DNA of 64,000 nucleotides from contig NW_024704743.1 in assembly GCF_018977255.1 (NCBI RefSeq), positions 81,222,001-81,286,000 of the forward strand, in the 5' to 3' direction. Origin of the DNA: Callorhinchus milii. Taxonomy: Eukaryota. Below are positions 37,073-50,679 of the stretch, piece after piece. The notes beneath the pieces were generated by a model that was not told the DNA's origin, did not search any database, and saw nothing but the letters and a program-made list of their open reading frames with translations. Each line of letters starts with the position of its first letter. The stretch's first letter is position 1. A program made the translations under genes and the position numbers.

Positions 37073-37163
37073 ATGCAAATCTTCAGACACAGAGCAGAAA
37101 CCTGCCTCCTCCTGGCCTTTCTGGCAGTGACAGCTCATTTCATCAGTGAGGCACAAGGTCAAG
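37073..37163 (+). CDS. COL14A1: Collagen XIV alpha-1, first coding exon (signal peptide); the exon probably starts at 37014
   Basis: MQIFRHRAETCLLLAFLAVTAHFISEAQGQ, phase 1, donor CAAG|gtaatt, acceptor ttacag| at 37013. Resembles the recalled human MKIFQRK...FLAIVYFCTIVQGQ. Confidence 0.9.
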
Positions 37164-37611
37164 GTAATTGTTGAAGAGATAAAATACACCACTTTGCAAT
37201 CCCTCTGATGTGCAGATGAGGACAACTCCTTTGCAACTTCATGTTAAGCAATCTGTAGTGCTTGTAATGTGCTTAAGTCGTATTGGATGTGTGTAAGCAT
37301 GCCTTTTTCAGTCATCTGAAACTGGGTAGAGCTTTACAAAGTCAAATATTTGATCACTTTTCCATAATGATATGAGTTTGTCTGCTTTGACAGTCTCACT
37401 GTCAAACCATGATATGGAACAGAAAACAGAATTTTAAAACATTCTCATAGTACAGATCGTATTTTTATCTAACCATCAAAGCAGGTATTTTCAGCAATTC
37501 ACCTCAGAATCAGACCTGACCTGTCTACGTTATATTAGTAGAAATCAGTAATACAAGTGAAACCCTTGCCTCATAAAACAAGAGATGATAGTGTGTGTGG
37601 AATGTGGTTTG

Positions 37612-37960
37612 CCTAACAGTTCAGTTGGTTAAGCCATCGTCCATAATGAAACTGAGCCATATAAATCAGGAAGGTCCCGGTTCAATCCGTTGCGTGTGCT
37701 GAGTTATCTTATAATTCAAGGGGTGTGTGTGTGGTGGTGGTGTGGTGGGGGGTGGGTGGGGGGGTGTGCGCATGGATACCTTGTGTGAGGACAGGACCAG
37801 GCTGAACTATGATACCCTCATAGTTGAATAGCTTTTTATTGCTGACTGTTTAGACTCAGACGTGGATAAATAGTTACTTGGACAATGAACTGGAGTGTGG
37901 CTGGCATCTTTGAAACTATGCTTCAGCATGTTAACAGCTTTTTTGAGGGAGGGAGATAAA
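37612..37960 (+). mobile_element. Ancient tRNA-headed SINE-like element of a different family
   Basis: Head cagttggttaag...aggtcccggttcaatcc and body gtgaggacaggaccaggct...ttgaatagc. Related degraded pieces near 23230, 25440, 42180-42360 and 44270. Confidence 0.55.
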
Positions 37961-38009
37961 AACATACTGACTAAACAGAAAATATTTCGGGAGTAATTGG
38001 AAAACTAAT

Positions 38010-38830
38010 GGAATCAATCATTTGAAGGAAAATTGAAGATTACGTATTTGAAAATAACCTGGTAAATGACAGTCAGCATAGCTTCTGATGGGGTAGATCT
38101 TGTCTGACCAACCTCATAGACTTTTATAGGAAAGTAATGTCCTAATTTGACCTTGCGTACTTAGTCTTTCAAAAGACATTTGAAACTTACAAAACAAGTA
38201 ACTCCTTTCAAACCCATGTTACCAGATATCAAGAGTAAGACATTGGATGAGAATTAATAACTAGAGGATATTTTTAGAATAACCCGGTCAAAAGGAGGGA
38301 AGGTATAGAGTGGGATGCATCAGGGATCTGTACTGGGACCCCTTCTGTTTCTTGTATATGTTAATTACCTGGATTTGTACACTAAGTGCAAGAGTATTTA
38401 ATCTGCTCAGCAGCACCAAATTGGGGGGAACTATGGAATCAGAGGAGGCATTGTACAAAGAAAGCTTTACCAGCTATATACTTGGGCTTATGACTAGCAA
38501 ATGAGATTTACTACAGATAAATGCAAGGTACTACATATAGTCGTCATAGGAGCATGTACTCCCTGGATGGGATAGAACTTGCGAAGAGGGAAGCTGAAAG
38601 AGACCTAGAAGTACTAATTAACTCATCAGTCATCATGTCAAAACAGTGCGAGGCAGCAATAAACATGGCAAACAGGATGCTAGAGTACATTACCAATTCA
38701 GCTGGGTTCAGATCCCCAGAAGTTTCACTCACATTTTTTGCAGCACAGACAGAAAGATAACAGTAAGTATATTGTTACACGTATGGGAATTCACACCTAG
38801 AATAGGTTTATCAGGAAGGGTGGTTGAGGT
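38010..38830 (+). mobile_element. Highly degraded CR1 RT fragment
   Basis: ggtagatcttgtctgaccaacctc (GRSCLTNL), cagggatctgtactgggaccc (QGSVLGP), TKLGG, ERDLEVLI...SKQCEAAINMANRML. Confidence 0.85.
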
Positions 38831-39792
38831 CAGGAAAATTGACTCATCTTGGCTTCAACCATGGGGTGGTAAATTGGGTATTCTTTTCACTTGTATGACA
38901 ACATAATATGTCAAGTACATGTTTCAGCTGATCTGTGGAGTTAAAACGCTACAAAAATATCCAGTAGATCTGTTTTCAATTGTAGACTTACTACAAATGT
39001 AGTAAATGGAATCTGTTATTACCAGCAGCGTGATGTGAAAAACATCACCAGTTACTGAAGTTAATGACCCACATCATCAATTACAATTTGTGTGATTATC
39101 CTAGTTTGTTTGGTATTCAATCTGCTCACCATACAATCATCTTGCTTTGCTTTCCTCCACTGTAATAAACCACTGCTCTTTTCCAGCAATGAAAACAGAT
39201 CATATGAATAGTCATGAAACTGCTCAGATTCAAGAATAGTTCTTCAATTCTCTTTTAGTGCTGTAAAAAAGCAAATCAAAAATATGTTCATGGTAAATTA
39301 TATAGTATTTTGCCACCATCGGTTTCACACAAGTGTTGCAACTAATTTGTTAGAAGTCAGCTGAGTGTCTGACACAAAAATTCATCACTATGCTTCAGAG
39401 TAGCGGTAATCCATTATTCAAGAAATTGGTTAATAGAACTTACACATAATGCTGCATGTTTGTCTTATAATCACATAACGTGCTTATTAGGAGGTCCCTT
39501 AATTGTAATTTATCTTCTTGACCTTTCCAAGAAGTCACTTTCACTCAAGCTTTTCATGTAATAGATTTTTCATTTATAAGACTGTTGTTCCTTTGTTGGA
39601 GCCTTCCTTCGTACTAGCCACACATTTGATCGAAGAGGAACACAAAGTTTAATTTGGATTATGTGATTTATATTTACATAGTTTCTGTTTTGGAGACCTG
39701 ATGATTAAACATTAACTATTTGAAGGAAGGATCTGATGAAATGTATGTAGTCAAAGAAAACAAACACTACAACTATCTGGTTGGAATAATGC

Positions 39793-39888
39793 ATAATAAA
39801 CATATTTCATAACATATAATAAATAATAACATATAATAAACATCTATAATAATAATGTATAATAAACATAATAATGTATAATAAACAT
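39793..39888. repeat. AT-rich imperfect tandem repeat (ATAATAAAC-like)
   Basis: Repeated ataataaacata units. Confidence 0.8.
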
Positions 39889-42800
39889 CTTATGAGTAAT
39901 TTGAGCATTTTCCTAAATTAGGTATTTTACATGTTCACAAGCATAAATAAATGGAATAAATAGATATTCCAATTTTTCGTAGTTGGAGAATTTTGCAAGA
40001 CAATGTGTTATTTTCTGGCTTTACTAATTGCACTGTAACAAATATATTTTGTGACAGAAACAATCTCTGGTCTGAAGTTTTCTCATGGTCTGAATCTTGT
40101 TGCCTTAACATTTAAGATTGTTCAGAACTTTAGAAAAATCTTAGATTCAGTCTTAATTTGGAAGCCAATTTTCTACAGTAGTTTTTAATAATATATCAAT
40201 ACACATAAAATTCTTGGATGACTATTTAAAATTCCTTTGTGATATAACCATTGGTACAACAAATTCACTCTGTGCAATGTTCCACCTGCATTCGGATACA
40301 AATAAATATGCTTGTATTTAAAGTGGCCTCTTTGAGATGAGCCAACAGGAGGTGCAGTTACACTAGTGAAGCATAGGTTATTCAAGTTCTTTAAGATCTC
40401 CTGAGAAGCTCACTTTATATAACACTCCACCTAGCAGCTTCCCTGAGACATTGCAAAAAAGAATCGAAGTGAGCCAAGTACCGGGCAGCAATGGGACTTG
40501 AGCTCACATAACCTTCTTGGTTGAGAGCCAACGCACTCCATCACTTGAGCTACTGTGAGACTTGTAGCCAGAGAGTGTTTGAAAATGAGATTGAATTGCA
40601 AAAATTCAAAATGATTTAGAAACCATTCAGTGTATTTCTATTGACATTAAATTTGATTAAAGCAAATAGCACAATTATGCTTTACCCATAATAACCAAGG
40701 GAATCCTCAACTGATAGTTTGTGCCATCAATGGGAATTGAATAAATCCATTCTCAGTTGTGCACGATTTGTAATGTATAAATCATATTTGTTTGAGATTT
40801 TAAGGTGGTCGCTGATGCACAGTGATTAATATCTGTAGCTTGAGAGCAAACAGTTCCAACTGGGTGGACTTCAGGAATATCTAATACACTGTCAATTTGT
40901 AACTAAAACCACTCTTGTCCATAATACGTATAAGCTAGGGGAAAACATTGGAAGACTTTTGGCATATTCTTGCCTCAATTGAAATTCGCTGAAGCCAATT
41001 AAAGTTAATAGTTCATCTCATTGAAGTTTGTGAGACATTGCAAACACAGATTAGCAGATTAACCTCCGTATTTAGCTTTATAAAAGTCCTAAATGCAATA
41101 CATTGCGTGAAACCTTTTGAGCCCTTTCAACGTATTAAGGCACTGTATTAAATACATGTATTTTTATTTTTTCTTAACTTCTACACCTAATTAGAATTTA
41201 TTACAAATGAATCCCCCCTCCCTCAATGTGGGTTTACAAAGGATGCAAGCAGTAAAATATTCAATGAGGAGAAATATCTTTTTGGTTTTGAAGAGTTAAC
41301 CACCTAGAAACTTTTTTTAATGCAAGGTTAAAATGATGCCTCATTTTACAGTGCTGTAGGGCTGCATTCCTACATAATTAAAAAAAGTATAGTAATTTAT
41401 CTGTCAAACTATCTGTCTTGGAGCATTTTTCTGTTTGAATGTATTAATATTGCTGCAGGCTGCTCAGCTGGACAGTGCTGCAAGCCTACACTGTCAGCAT
41501 ATCCATTTATTTTATGTTGTGAATTTTATTGGGTGATTTTGACACTACCAAGTCCCAACCCAAATTGGGCTAATCATTATTTTTGGGGGAACAAGAATTT
41601 CGCTCCAAAGGATAAAAAAGTGCTACTGAAAAAAGGTGCCATCATCAGGTTGGTGAACTCGTAACACTATCATATTTGTCCTGTTGTGTCTGAGTGTTGC
41701 CATTGACTGCCCTCCCAACTCTGAGCAACAAACCACGAAGTTTGTGCCAAAATGCTTCTATGCATCCCAAACTAGAAATGTTCTTGCGACAAATTCCATT
41801 TAATCTCATGGTTGGCCAAATAAATCAAGATGTGTGGTCTGGAAGTGATTTAGTTTATAAACTTAGGAAAGATGTTAGGTTTCTTGAATTTAACTTGATA
41901 CAAAGCTGTGGCCACATTGCTGTATTACTGCACATTCCCTCAATGTGCTAGGAGAGTGTTGCGGTCTACAACACAGCTGTATGTCTCTTGCCAAGGGTTT
42001 TTTGATTTAGTTGACATATTCCATTTTTGGTAGGTCACAAACTGGTCAAAAATTCTCCAATGGTGTTTGTGGATTCTTTTTAATGGCCTCCAGTTTTTCT
42101 TTTGGATACTTTCTGTCTATCCTTCCTCTTCTAAATTGAGTGATTCAGAGTGGAGAACAGCTCTGCCTTTAGTCCACATGATCAGGAGCAAGAACCCTGG
42201 CTGATTTTCATAACTCTCCCAAGAGATGGACAGTTGTAGTGCCTATTCCTGCCCCACTTTAAATCAACTAGTACAGAAGGGATCAAATTTGGGACCTTCT
42301 TGTTTTGTATGGTTTTAGTATCACACCATAGAGGGCATCTACCCATTGAGCCAAAGGATGGAGTTTATTAGAGATGAAGCCTTTTTTTTGGTTGAATTAC
42401 AAATGGTTTCAAATGAAAATGTTCATAAATTAGTTTAAAGACACCCAAAGCTTTCAATCAGTAAGATTTCAATAAATGAAATGCCAGAAAGAGTTGGTAA
42501 TTGAGCATTTAGCAGGTATGAGCACATTCGAACACTTGCCTGTGAGTGCCCGATAGCAACTGTGAATGACCCAATGTCATTTCCATGTCAGTGCTTTCGG
42601 TTAGCTCCCTGTCTCCACAGAATGAGCTCAAATCATTCTGTCAACCTTTTCATAAGAGCAGCCTCGTATGTTTGCAGCAGCTGTAGGCCGGAATGGCCTG
42701 AGCACAGTGCACACCGCAGGGCCTTTACAGACAGAACAGGACATCTCACCAAAGAACATAATGAAATTCACAGCAAAACCCTTAGATTCCTATCTCCTTG

Positions 42801-43912
42801 ACGTGGAGGACTACAGCCAAAACCTTTTAATCAACTTGACAGTTTTAACACCTGGCTAGAAATATGATCTTGTTGATCAATAATATCATAAAAAAATGTA
42901 TATTTTCATACAAATTGGGCTACCTATACAATTAAATCACTATCTGAGCATAGTTGTGTTTTGGCACAAAAGAAATTCATGTCTGACTCACTTAGCTGTG
43001 CTGGATGAATTGCATCTCGTGTTTGTTGGTTTGTTCATTTTTTTTTGTGAGATCATGGGTCAAAACTAGCAGAGATCAAACCTGTTAAATGTCACGTTTG
43101 CTAAACCGTCCTCCAAAGTTTAAGGTGGGCTTATAGGTCTGTGCGACTCACGACTTGCCTGGGTTCTCAGCCATCTGCCTAGTTCTGGCCCTTGACCTTA
43201 CTGCGGTGGTCCAGTTAATTAACTGTTTTTGGTGATGGATTACATTCACTTTTGCTTCCTTACCAAGGAAGAATCCCTTGTAAATGACGCAGGAAGAGAT
43301 AGAGGCTAGAACTCTTTCTCTTTTTGGGAAAAACAGCACTTTATCTCAGGAGCGATATATCAATTAATTGATATAGATTGTGGGAAGGAAATGCATACTA
43401 TTTTATGCATTACACTACTTCAAAACCTAAACCTCCTTTTGTCTTTGTCTCTAACTGCATACAACAGTGTAGAATATAATGTAACATGCTTGGAAAAGTT
43501 GTTTTTTTGTATAAACTAATATAACCATTTGTATTGTATTCAAAACAGGGCTCTATACTATAATGTTAGTGGCTTGATGACACATGGCTATTAAATGCTG
43601 TTTAAATTTGGGAACTAATTAAACTGAGCTTTTCTTTTACAAAAAAAATGCAGTTCTGTAGAAAGTAGAATTTGATTTTATTAACATCAGAACCCTGAGC
43701 AGCCAGTTCAGAAAATAGTTTAGAGCCCTGCTAGATATTGTAGTACTAGTTTGTAGATTGTTGTGTCATCTGTGTTCATATTAATGACTGAATGCCTTTA
43801 ATTTGTTTACTGAGTACAAATCATGTTTAGCTCTTTGCATTGCAGTCAAATTACTAATTCTGTTTCAAATACTGACCTAAATTTGTTTTCTTTTCTTTTG
43901 TGCATCTTGTAG

Positions 43913-44029
43913 TTCCATCTCCAACAAGATTAAGGTTTACTGTAGTGTCTCAGGACAGTGTTAGGATTGCATGGAAGTCCCCTAAGGGGAGATTTCAGGG
44001 ATACAGACTAACGGTGACACCAGTAGAAG
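43913..44029 (+). CDS. COL14A1: Collagen XIV exon (117 nt), N-half of the first FN3 domain
   Basis: tgtag| acceptor after a polypyrimidine tract. (V)[38 protein letters not shown]. Donor G|gtaaga. Phase 1-1. Confidence 0.96.
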
Positions 44030-45117
44030 GTAAGAATTGTTTTAAAAATGCTTTATTTTTTATATTAAATGAATAATGCTGGTCGATTTGAAATTCATTT
44101 TACATTATTAATGATAATTGTATTTTGCTCTGAAACATTACACAAATATATGCATAGATGAGATTCATGAACACCAGTTTCTAATGGTATTCCTTAAGGG
44201 AACCTAAGGTTGGGAGTGACTCAGACTGTGGTACAATTACTGTGGCCACCCTGCCCTTGTCACTGTTCTTCATCTGAGCATCTGGACAGTGAATACTGGT
44301 GGGTCACACTGATGCATGAGAACTCTGCTCCAACTTGATCTACTTCGGACAAGAGTTCCAGTTGGGATGCTATGTGTGACTTACTAATGGTACTGGAAGG
44401 GATCCCCATTCAAATTCCTTATTAAGAAAAAAATAAGTTGCAAATAAATCACTGCGCATAAGACCCCAGTGTAGCTTTTCATCTTTTGTAAATACCAAAA
44501 GTGCCAAAGATGGCCAGACATGATTCTCCTTATTGATTCCCCTGTTGTAGTACAAATACAATTAAATAAATATACAACCAGCAGGGATGTGAGATGCAGA
44601 AAATGCCTAGCTCATCGATGAAGATAAAACCTGATCCACAAGCATGAAAGGAGAGTGGCTTGAGTTCTTCCTGATATCATCCAGTAGGATTACTTTCCAT
44701 AACCGTCCAATCTCTCATTGATTATTTATTTCAATACCACACAATTGTTTAATCTAAGATAGGCATGACCCTTGGGGATATTATTTCTGGGTTAATAGTA
44801 ACTCATTGGAACAAACTCATTGACTTTCACATCAGATTGTTTCACTAATTGGGAAAGGTGGCAGCAGATAATTGAAATGGGAATGGTCAGTTTTGCTCCA
44901 GGTAATATAGTTCAATGAAGTGATATCTTATTAATTCCTACTTAATTAGGCCATAAATGGGCAGTGAAATGCAACAATATGGCCTCGGGCCAAATCACTT
45001 CAAGGCAACTTGCAGGAATCCTCCTGAATAGTCTAGTACATAAAGTTATTATGCCACATACTTTTTGTACTTTGTAACTCAATTCCAATTTCTCTCCCGT
45101 CCCTCCACCAACCCTGA

Positions 45118-45250
45118 CATACACACTCGCTCTCTCTCACACACTCACTCACTCGCACACACTGTCACGCATATTCACTCGCTCTCACACATACTCACTC
45201 ACACACAATCACTCTCACACATACTCTCTCATATATACACACACACACAC
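45118..45250. repeat. Imperfect (CA)/(CT) microsatellite
   Basis: acacactcgctctctctcacacactcactcac... Confidence 0.9.
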
Positions 45251-45981
45251 AGTTAGGAGACGCTGTTTTTTTTCAAACCCTCTCTACTCAACTTGTCTCA
45301 GATTGGATTGGAAACTGAGCAGAAGAAAACTTGAACTCAAGTCTGTCTTATTTAAACAATTGCACTCCATGAATATAAATTTATCTAATGGTGGGTGAGA
45401 ACCCAGTAATCCTCTGATGTAAATCAAAGGTGGTATTTGAATTCAGGCCTTGGAATCCGAGTCTAACCTCTGTCATTGCGCTAGCTTCAGGCATTGGAAT
45501 GAGAGTTTAGCCTGTCAATGGACTGGGAGAGATTCTTTTGCTTCACTCTTTATTCTGCCCTCTTTTGTGAAGTGACCCACACTAAACACTTTTTCAGTTC
45601 AGTGCACAGAATCTCCTAGTGATTGGTATGCTTCAAATTATTCAACGAGCACAAACCTAAAAAAATGGAGTTGTCAGATCTGATGTTCATGGAATGCATG
45701 TACCACCTGTGGTAGCTCCCTGATGGAGATTGGCCCGTCTTTCATTGAAAGACTGAATTTGATTTGAATTTTGATCTTTAAAATTTAAATATCTGTTTTG
45801 ATGTAATGCAAGAAATCAAACTGGATCACTTTTGCAACTTGCTATGCAATAACCTTTTCTAGTCAAAGTTTGCTCATCTTTTTAACATTTTTGTCCTGTA
45901 ACCATGATATTTTAATGTTACAGTTTGGAAAGTGTACTCTTGACTAAACAGATTGCACTTAATTAAGATTAAGTGCAATCC

Positions 45982-46445
45982 GTGGAGTCCTGTAGCTCAG
46001 TGGTTAGAGCACTCGCTTTGCAAGTGAGAGACCTGAGTTCAATTCCCGGCAGGGCGAAACCTTGGGCAAGTTTCCTTACTCCACACGCCTAATAATAATC
46101 CCTCCAAAAGCAATAATAAATTGGTCATTTTCAATCTACGACTGTTTGTGGGACATTGCTGTGCGCAATTGGCTGCCGCATTCGCCCACAAATATACAGT
46201 CAATTCACTTTACAGTGTATTCTGTGAAGCGCTTTGGGACGTCCTCCCGACGTGAAAAGCGCTATATCAAATGCAAGGATTATTATTATTATTAACTCTC
46301 GCCTTCGAGCCAGAAGGCTGTGAGTTCAAGCCCCAAGTCAGTATTTTGAAATCAGAGTCTAGACTGTCACCCCTGGAGAGAGCAGGGGGAGTGCTGCATT
46401 GTGGAGGTGCAGTCTTTCAGATGAGACATTAAACTGAAGTCCTAT
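45982..46445 (+). mobile_element. Young SINE (45982-46292) directly followed by an old DeuSINE-like fragment lacking its A box
   Basis: The (ATT)n tail abuts actctcgccttcgagccagaaggctgtgagttcaagcccc...ggaggtgcagtctttcagatgagac. Confidence 0.9.
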
Positions 46446-46869
46446 TTAAATTAAACATTCAATATCTATCCTATTAAATGTATCCAATTGTGCATGACAT
46501 TGTAATTTGTGGGGTCATTCTCAATGGTAACTTCCTACGAGCCAGGCCATTGAACACTGGACTGGCTCACAGATTGGACTGCTGTTCCGTGGCTGCCAAT
46601 TAGCAGGATATTAGTATCTTTATTTTGTTTACTAAAAAGTTAGTATCCCAATAACCAGCAGCCAATGGCGACTTCACAGGTTTGGCCATTGAGAACTGCA
46701 TCGGGGGAGTGGGAGTGCTGGAGGAAGCTGAGAGGCAGCCACATGTGCATTTGGGTACATTCAATGTGATATCAAATGTGCCAGTGAATTAAGCCCAATA
46801 TCTCAGTAAGGACAGAAAGTTGCAGCCTTTCTTTCATCAGATCAAAAGCCCATTAGTTTGGATGCCTGT

Positions 46870-47181
46870 GATAAGGTAAGTTCCCTTATCCACCTGTGTG
46901 TTTACCCAGCAGTAAGTAGGAACCAGGTTGTTAGTTGATTGGTGGATCGCTTTTCCGGGGTTAATAATTTCTTTTTTTAAAAAAAACAATTTTTTAAATA
47001 ATGATTTGGTTACTCAATCCACGACTGTTGTGGGACAGGGCTGTGTGCAATTGGCTGCCTTGTTTCGCCCACAAAAATATACAATCAATCCACCTTACAG
47101 TATATCCTGTGAAGCACTTTTGGGATGGCTCAAAGATGGGATGAGGCACTATATCAAATGCAAGGATTATTATTATTATTA
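46870..47181 (+). mobile_element. Longer-subfamily SINE, 5'-truncated
   Basis: gtttacccagcagtaagtaggaaccaggttgttagttgattgg as at ~13815, plus an L2-type tail. Confidence 0.85.
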
Positions 47182-48466
47182 ATTACAGGGCTGGTTTACT
47201 TGGCTTGTCCCTCTTGTCTCAGACCCAAAATAACTGTGAGTAGGATAACAAATTGCAAAACATAAGCACTGTTGTTCAGGTGGATTGAGTTTTTATAGTA
47301 AGAAATAGCTATTAATAAGCACATTCTTTGGTCAATCTCAGAACATAAAGTAAGGTGCAACAATTACACAGGCCTTAGTGTTAAAATATGGGCTCGTCAC
47401 CAGCAGACAATATTGGATTGATTGACACGATCAGCTCAATGACAAGTCTCGTCAGGGCTTCACAGAGTATGTGGAGAGCATTTGATCCACTGCGGTAAGA
47501 GTGCAATGTTTGTTTACCACTGCAGTGTGGCTGATATTATCTGCAACTTTGCTGGAAAGACGTAAAGCTCTTTAACTGTCAGTTAGCAACGTGGCTTCAC
47601 AAAATATGTGCAGGTGCGGCTCAGTGATTGAGTGGACCCCACTGCCTTAAGGCAAACATTTCACTGGGTGTATATTTATGGCCATTTCGTTGACCAGCAC
47701 CGTTCATCATAGGCATTAATATGCACAGTTAAGACATATGGCCTTTCACTAATCTGCAACATATCAATTGTATCCTTGAAAATCTAGTCCTGTGTCAAAA
47801 GCTGAATGCCCAGGAGGTATAATAGTGCAATGTCTGATTGTTACTGCAAGCGACTGTTAATTACAACTTTTTTTTCAATGTGCAGTAGCTGCGAAGAAGA
47901 AATAAACCACTTGAACTGTAAGTTAGCAAGCAATACACCAGTTCTCTGCGACAGCTTTAATATGGAAGAGGAATGACGTTAAAGCATGAAATTCTCCTTC
48001 CAAGCAAGTTGGGGACATTGCTGGGTTACTTAGACTACACCATCATCACCATGAACCTGAAAGATAAAGTCCATTTACATTTGGTGATTGACAATAGTGT
48101 CTGTTTCACTTTGCTCTCCCCACCTTTAGATTTTATACCTTTGCATTTCCACATTTGCACATATCGGGGTCTAACCTGCTCCTTAACTTTAGAAATTTGT
48201 AATATAGCATGTTTGGAATTATGATTACTTGGGAGGGTAATGAAGGGAGTAAGGAATGATGTGGAATATAAACACTGACAAAGGCTGGTTGGTCTTTTTC
48301 CACGTTGTACATTGTTTGTAAATCTATGCAAATCTTTGCTAAACTCCAGTGTTATTTAAGGAATATGAAAGTTATTCATTAGTTTTTTGCATAGTTCTTC
48401 AGTGAGTCCAGGATCCTTTATTGTAGCATGGAGCATCACTGTGTCTATTTATAGCCATAACTCACT

Positions 48467-49335
48467 ACAACAACAACAACAAAATTACATTTATAGGGCG
48501 CCTTTCATGTCGGGAGGACGTCCCAAGGCGCTGGACAGTCAGAAGTCAGGATCCGAGCATGGGAGAGGGGTGATGTAGGGGTGAGGGAAGGCAGAGAGGT
48601 GGGAGGGCGACCGAAGGCACGATCGAAAAGGAGGGTCTTGAGACTGGCCTTGAAGGAGGCAAGGGAGGAAGTGAGGCAAAGGGACTGTGGGATGGAGTTC
48701 CAGAGTGTGGGGGAAGAGAGGCTGAAAGCCCGGCCACCGATGGTAGGGCGGGTCGGGCGGGAGACATAGAGCAGACTGGAGCTCGCTGAATGGAAGGAGT
48801 GGGCAGGTTGTTAGGGAGTCAGCAGGTCAGAGAGGTAGGAGGGGACAAGGCCATGGATGGCCTTGAAAGTGAGGATAAGGATCTTGAACTCGATCCTCTG
48901 GGGGATGGGGAGCCAGTGGAGTCGGGCGAGGGTGGGAGTGATGGGGTCACGGAGCCTGGTGCGTGAGAGTACACAAGCTGCAGAGTTTTGGATGATCTGC
49001 AGCTTGTGAAGGGAAGAGTTGGGAAGGCCGATGAGGAGGGAGTTCCCGTAATCGAGCCTTTATGTGATGAATATGTGGGTGAGGGTTTCGGCAGCCTGAG
49101 GGGTGAGGGAGTGGCGGTGTCTGGCAATATTGCGGAGGTGGTGGTAGGCAGTGCCGGTCATGGCAGGGATGTGGGGGAGAAAGGACCGTTCAGGGCCAAA
49201 CAAGATACCCAGGTTCCTGTCTGGCTAAATGAGGTTGAGTGTGCAGCCGTGGAGGCTGATGCTGCCAGTGCCCGAGGTGCGGAGGCGCTGGCGCGAGCCA
49301 ATCAGGTGGGCCTCGGTCTTGCTGACGTTCAGTTG
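48467..49335 (-). mobile_element. L2 3' fragment in a COL14A1 intron
   Basis: Matches the 3' part of the 16768-18645 element. aacaacaac tail. Confidence 0.93.
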
Positions 49336-50009
49336 GTCAGCATGATTCACTACGCGATGAATCTCTGATCTTGTTCAGTGTTGAGAGGCAGGTAGTGAGC
49401 CTAGGGCAAGTGTTTCCTCATTGGACACCTCTTTCACAAGCCTCTGAGCAGGCAGCGATGCATTCACATTGACTGAAATACAGGAACAGATTGTTTGACC
49501 GCTCAGGTGGCCAAGAGTGCCCAAAAGCAGTTTGATTTAGAGAACAGAAGGGATTTTCCCCCCACAAAATATATAGTGTCTCAAAGACGTGATAAGGCGC
49601 TATATGAAATGCAAGGATTATATATAGAAGAAAGGAGGCAGAATAAAGCTAAGAAAAGAGACGAAACAAGATTAAAGAAGATTACAAATGTTCTATGAAC
49701 ATTTCTTGTGCCTCTGTTGCTGCTCACATCACAGTTGTAACTCAGATGCCCTCCAGTTCACATCTGTTCTGAATCAAAGTGCATCATGGAAATTCTGAAG
49801 TTAATTTCGCCGAGTGTTTGATCTGAGGTACATTTTCTAGCTCCAGACGCTATTTTCAAGGTATTACACCAGTAAATAGATTTGAAAGATCTTTTGCTCG
49901 GTCGAACATGCAAGTGCTCGCTTTGCATAGATAACGTGCATTGCCTGGTATACATATGCCCTGGTTTCAGAGCAGCTGTAACCCTTTAGGAGACTGAGTT
50001 CACGTAACT

Positions 50010-50370
50010 TCAACTTCAAAACTACAAGGGGTTTTAATCGAGTCAATAAGGAGGAATTATTTCTACTTGTTGGTCAGTCAGTAACTTGAGGGCTATCAGT
50101 AACTATAAGATACTTAGCAAACGAGCAAATGGAGAACTTAGATTTTTTTTTATACGCAGAGTGGTTAGGTAATAGAATGCCCTACTGGGAGCAGTGGTTG
50201 GGGCAGAATCCATGTTAGCTTTCAAAAGGAAACTAGGTAAATACCTTAAAGGAGTAAGCTACATGGTTATGGGGAAAGGGTAGGTAAATAAGACTGAAAA
50301 AATTGCTCTTATGAGAGCCAACATAGTCATGATGGGCCGAATGGTGCTCTTTTGTGCTATAAATTTCTGT
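50010..50370 (+). mobile_element. CR1 3' end fragment
   Basis: tttttatacgcagagagtggtt-like segment, gctttcaaaaggaaactagg, and a gatgggccgaatgg...tgtgctataaatttct terminus. Confidence 0.7.
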
Positions 50371-50535
50371 GGCTCTTGCAGAAACAACTTGAATTAGATC
50401 TCCCAACATGTTGCAGAGTTTCCACGTAAAAACGATCAATGGAAGTGCAATCCTGAAACCTTTGAGAACCATGTTTTTTGTATATTGGTGCAGTGTAATT
50501 TTTGTGTTACAGATTCTGTTCTCTTTCAATATCAG

Positions 50536-50679
50536 GTGGTAAAGCGCAGAAAATTACCCTACAAAAGAGTGAAAATGCAGCAGTAATTGAAGGTCTTATT
50601 CCAAACCACGAATATATTGTGCAACTCTTTGCAGTCAGCAACAACAGGGAGAGTTTACCTGCTCAGGGGCGATTCAGAA
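50536..50679 (+). CDS. COL14A1: Collagen XIV exon (144 nt), C-half of the first FN3 domain
   Basis: atcag| acceptor. (G)GKAQKITLQKSENAAVIEGLIPNHEYIVQLFAVSNNRESLPAQGRFR. Donor A|gtaagt. Confidence 0.96.

Noticed and set aside
45982..46055. tRNA-Ala(TGC)-like sequences (also 9157, 11294, 29084, 30724)
   Set aside because: They are SINE heads that run straight into the SINE body, not stand-alone tRNA genes.
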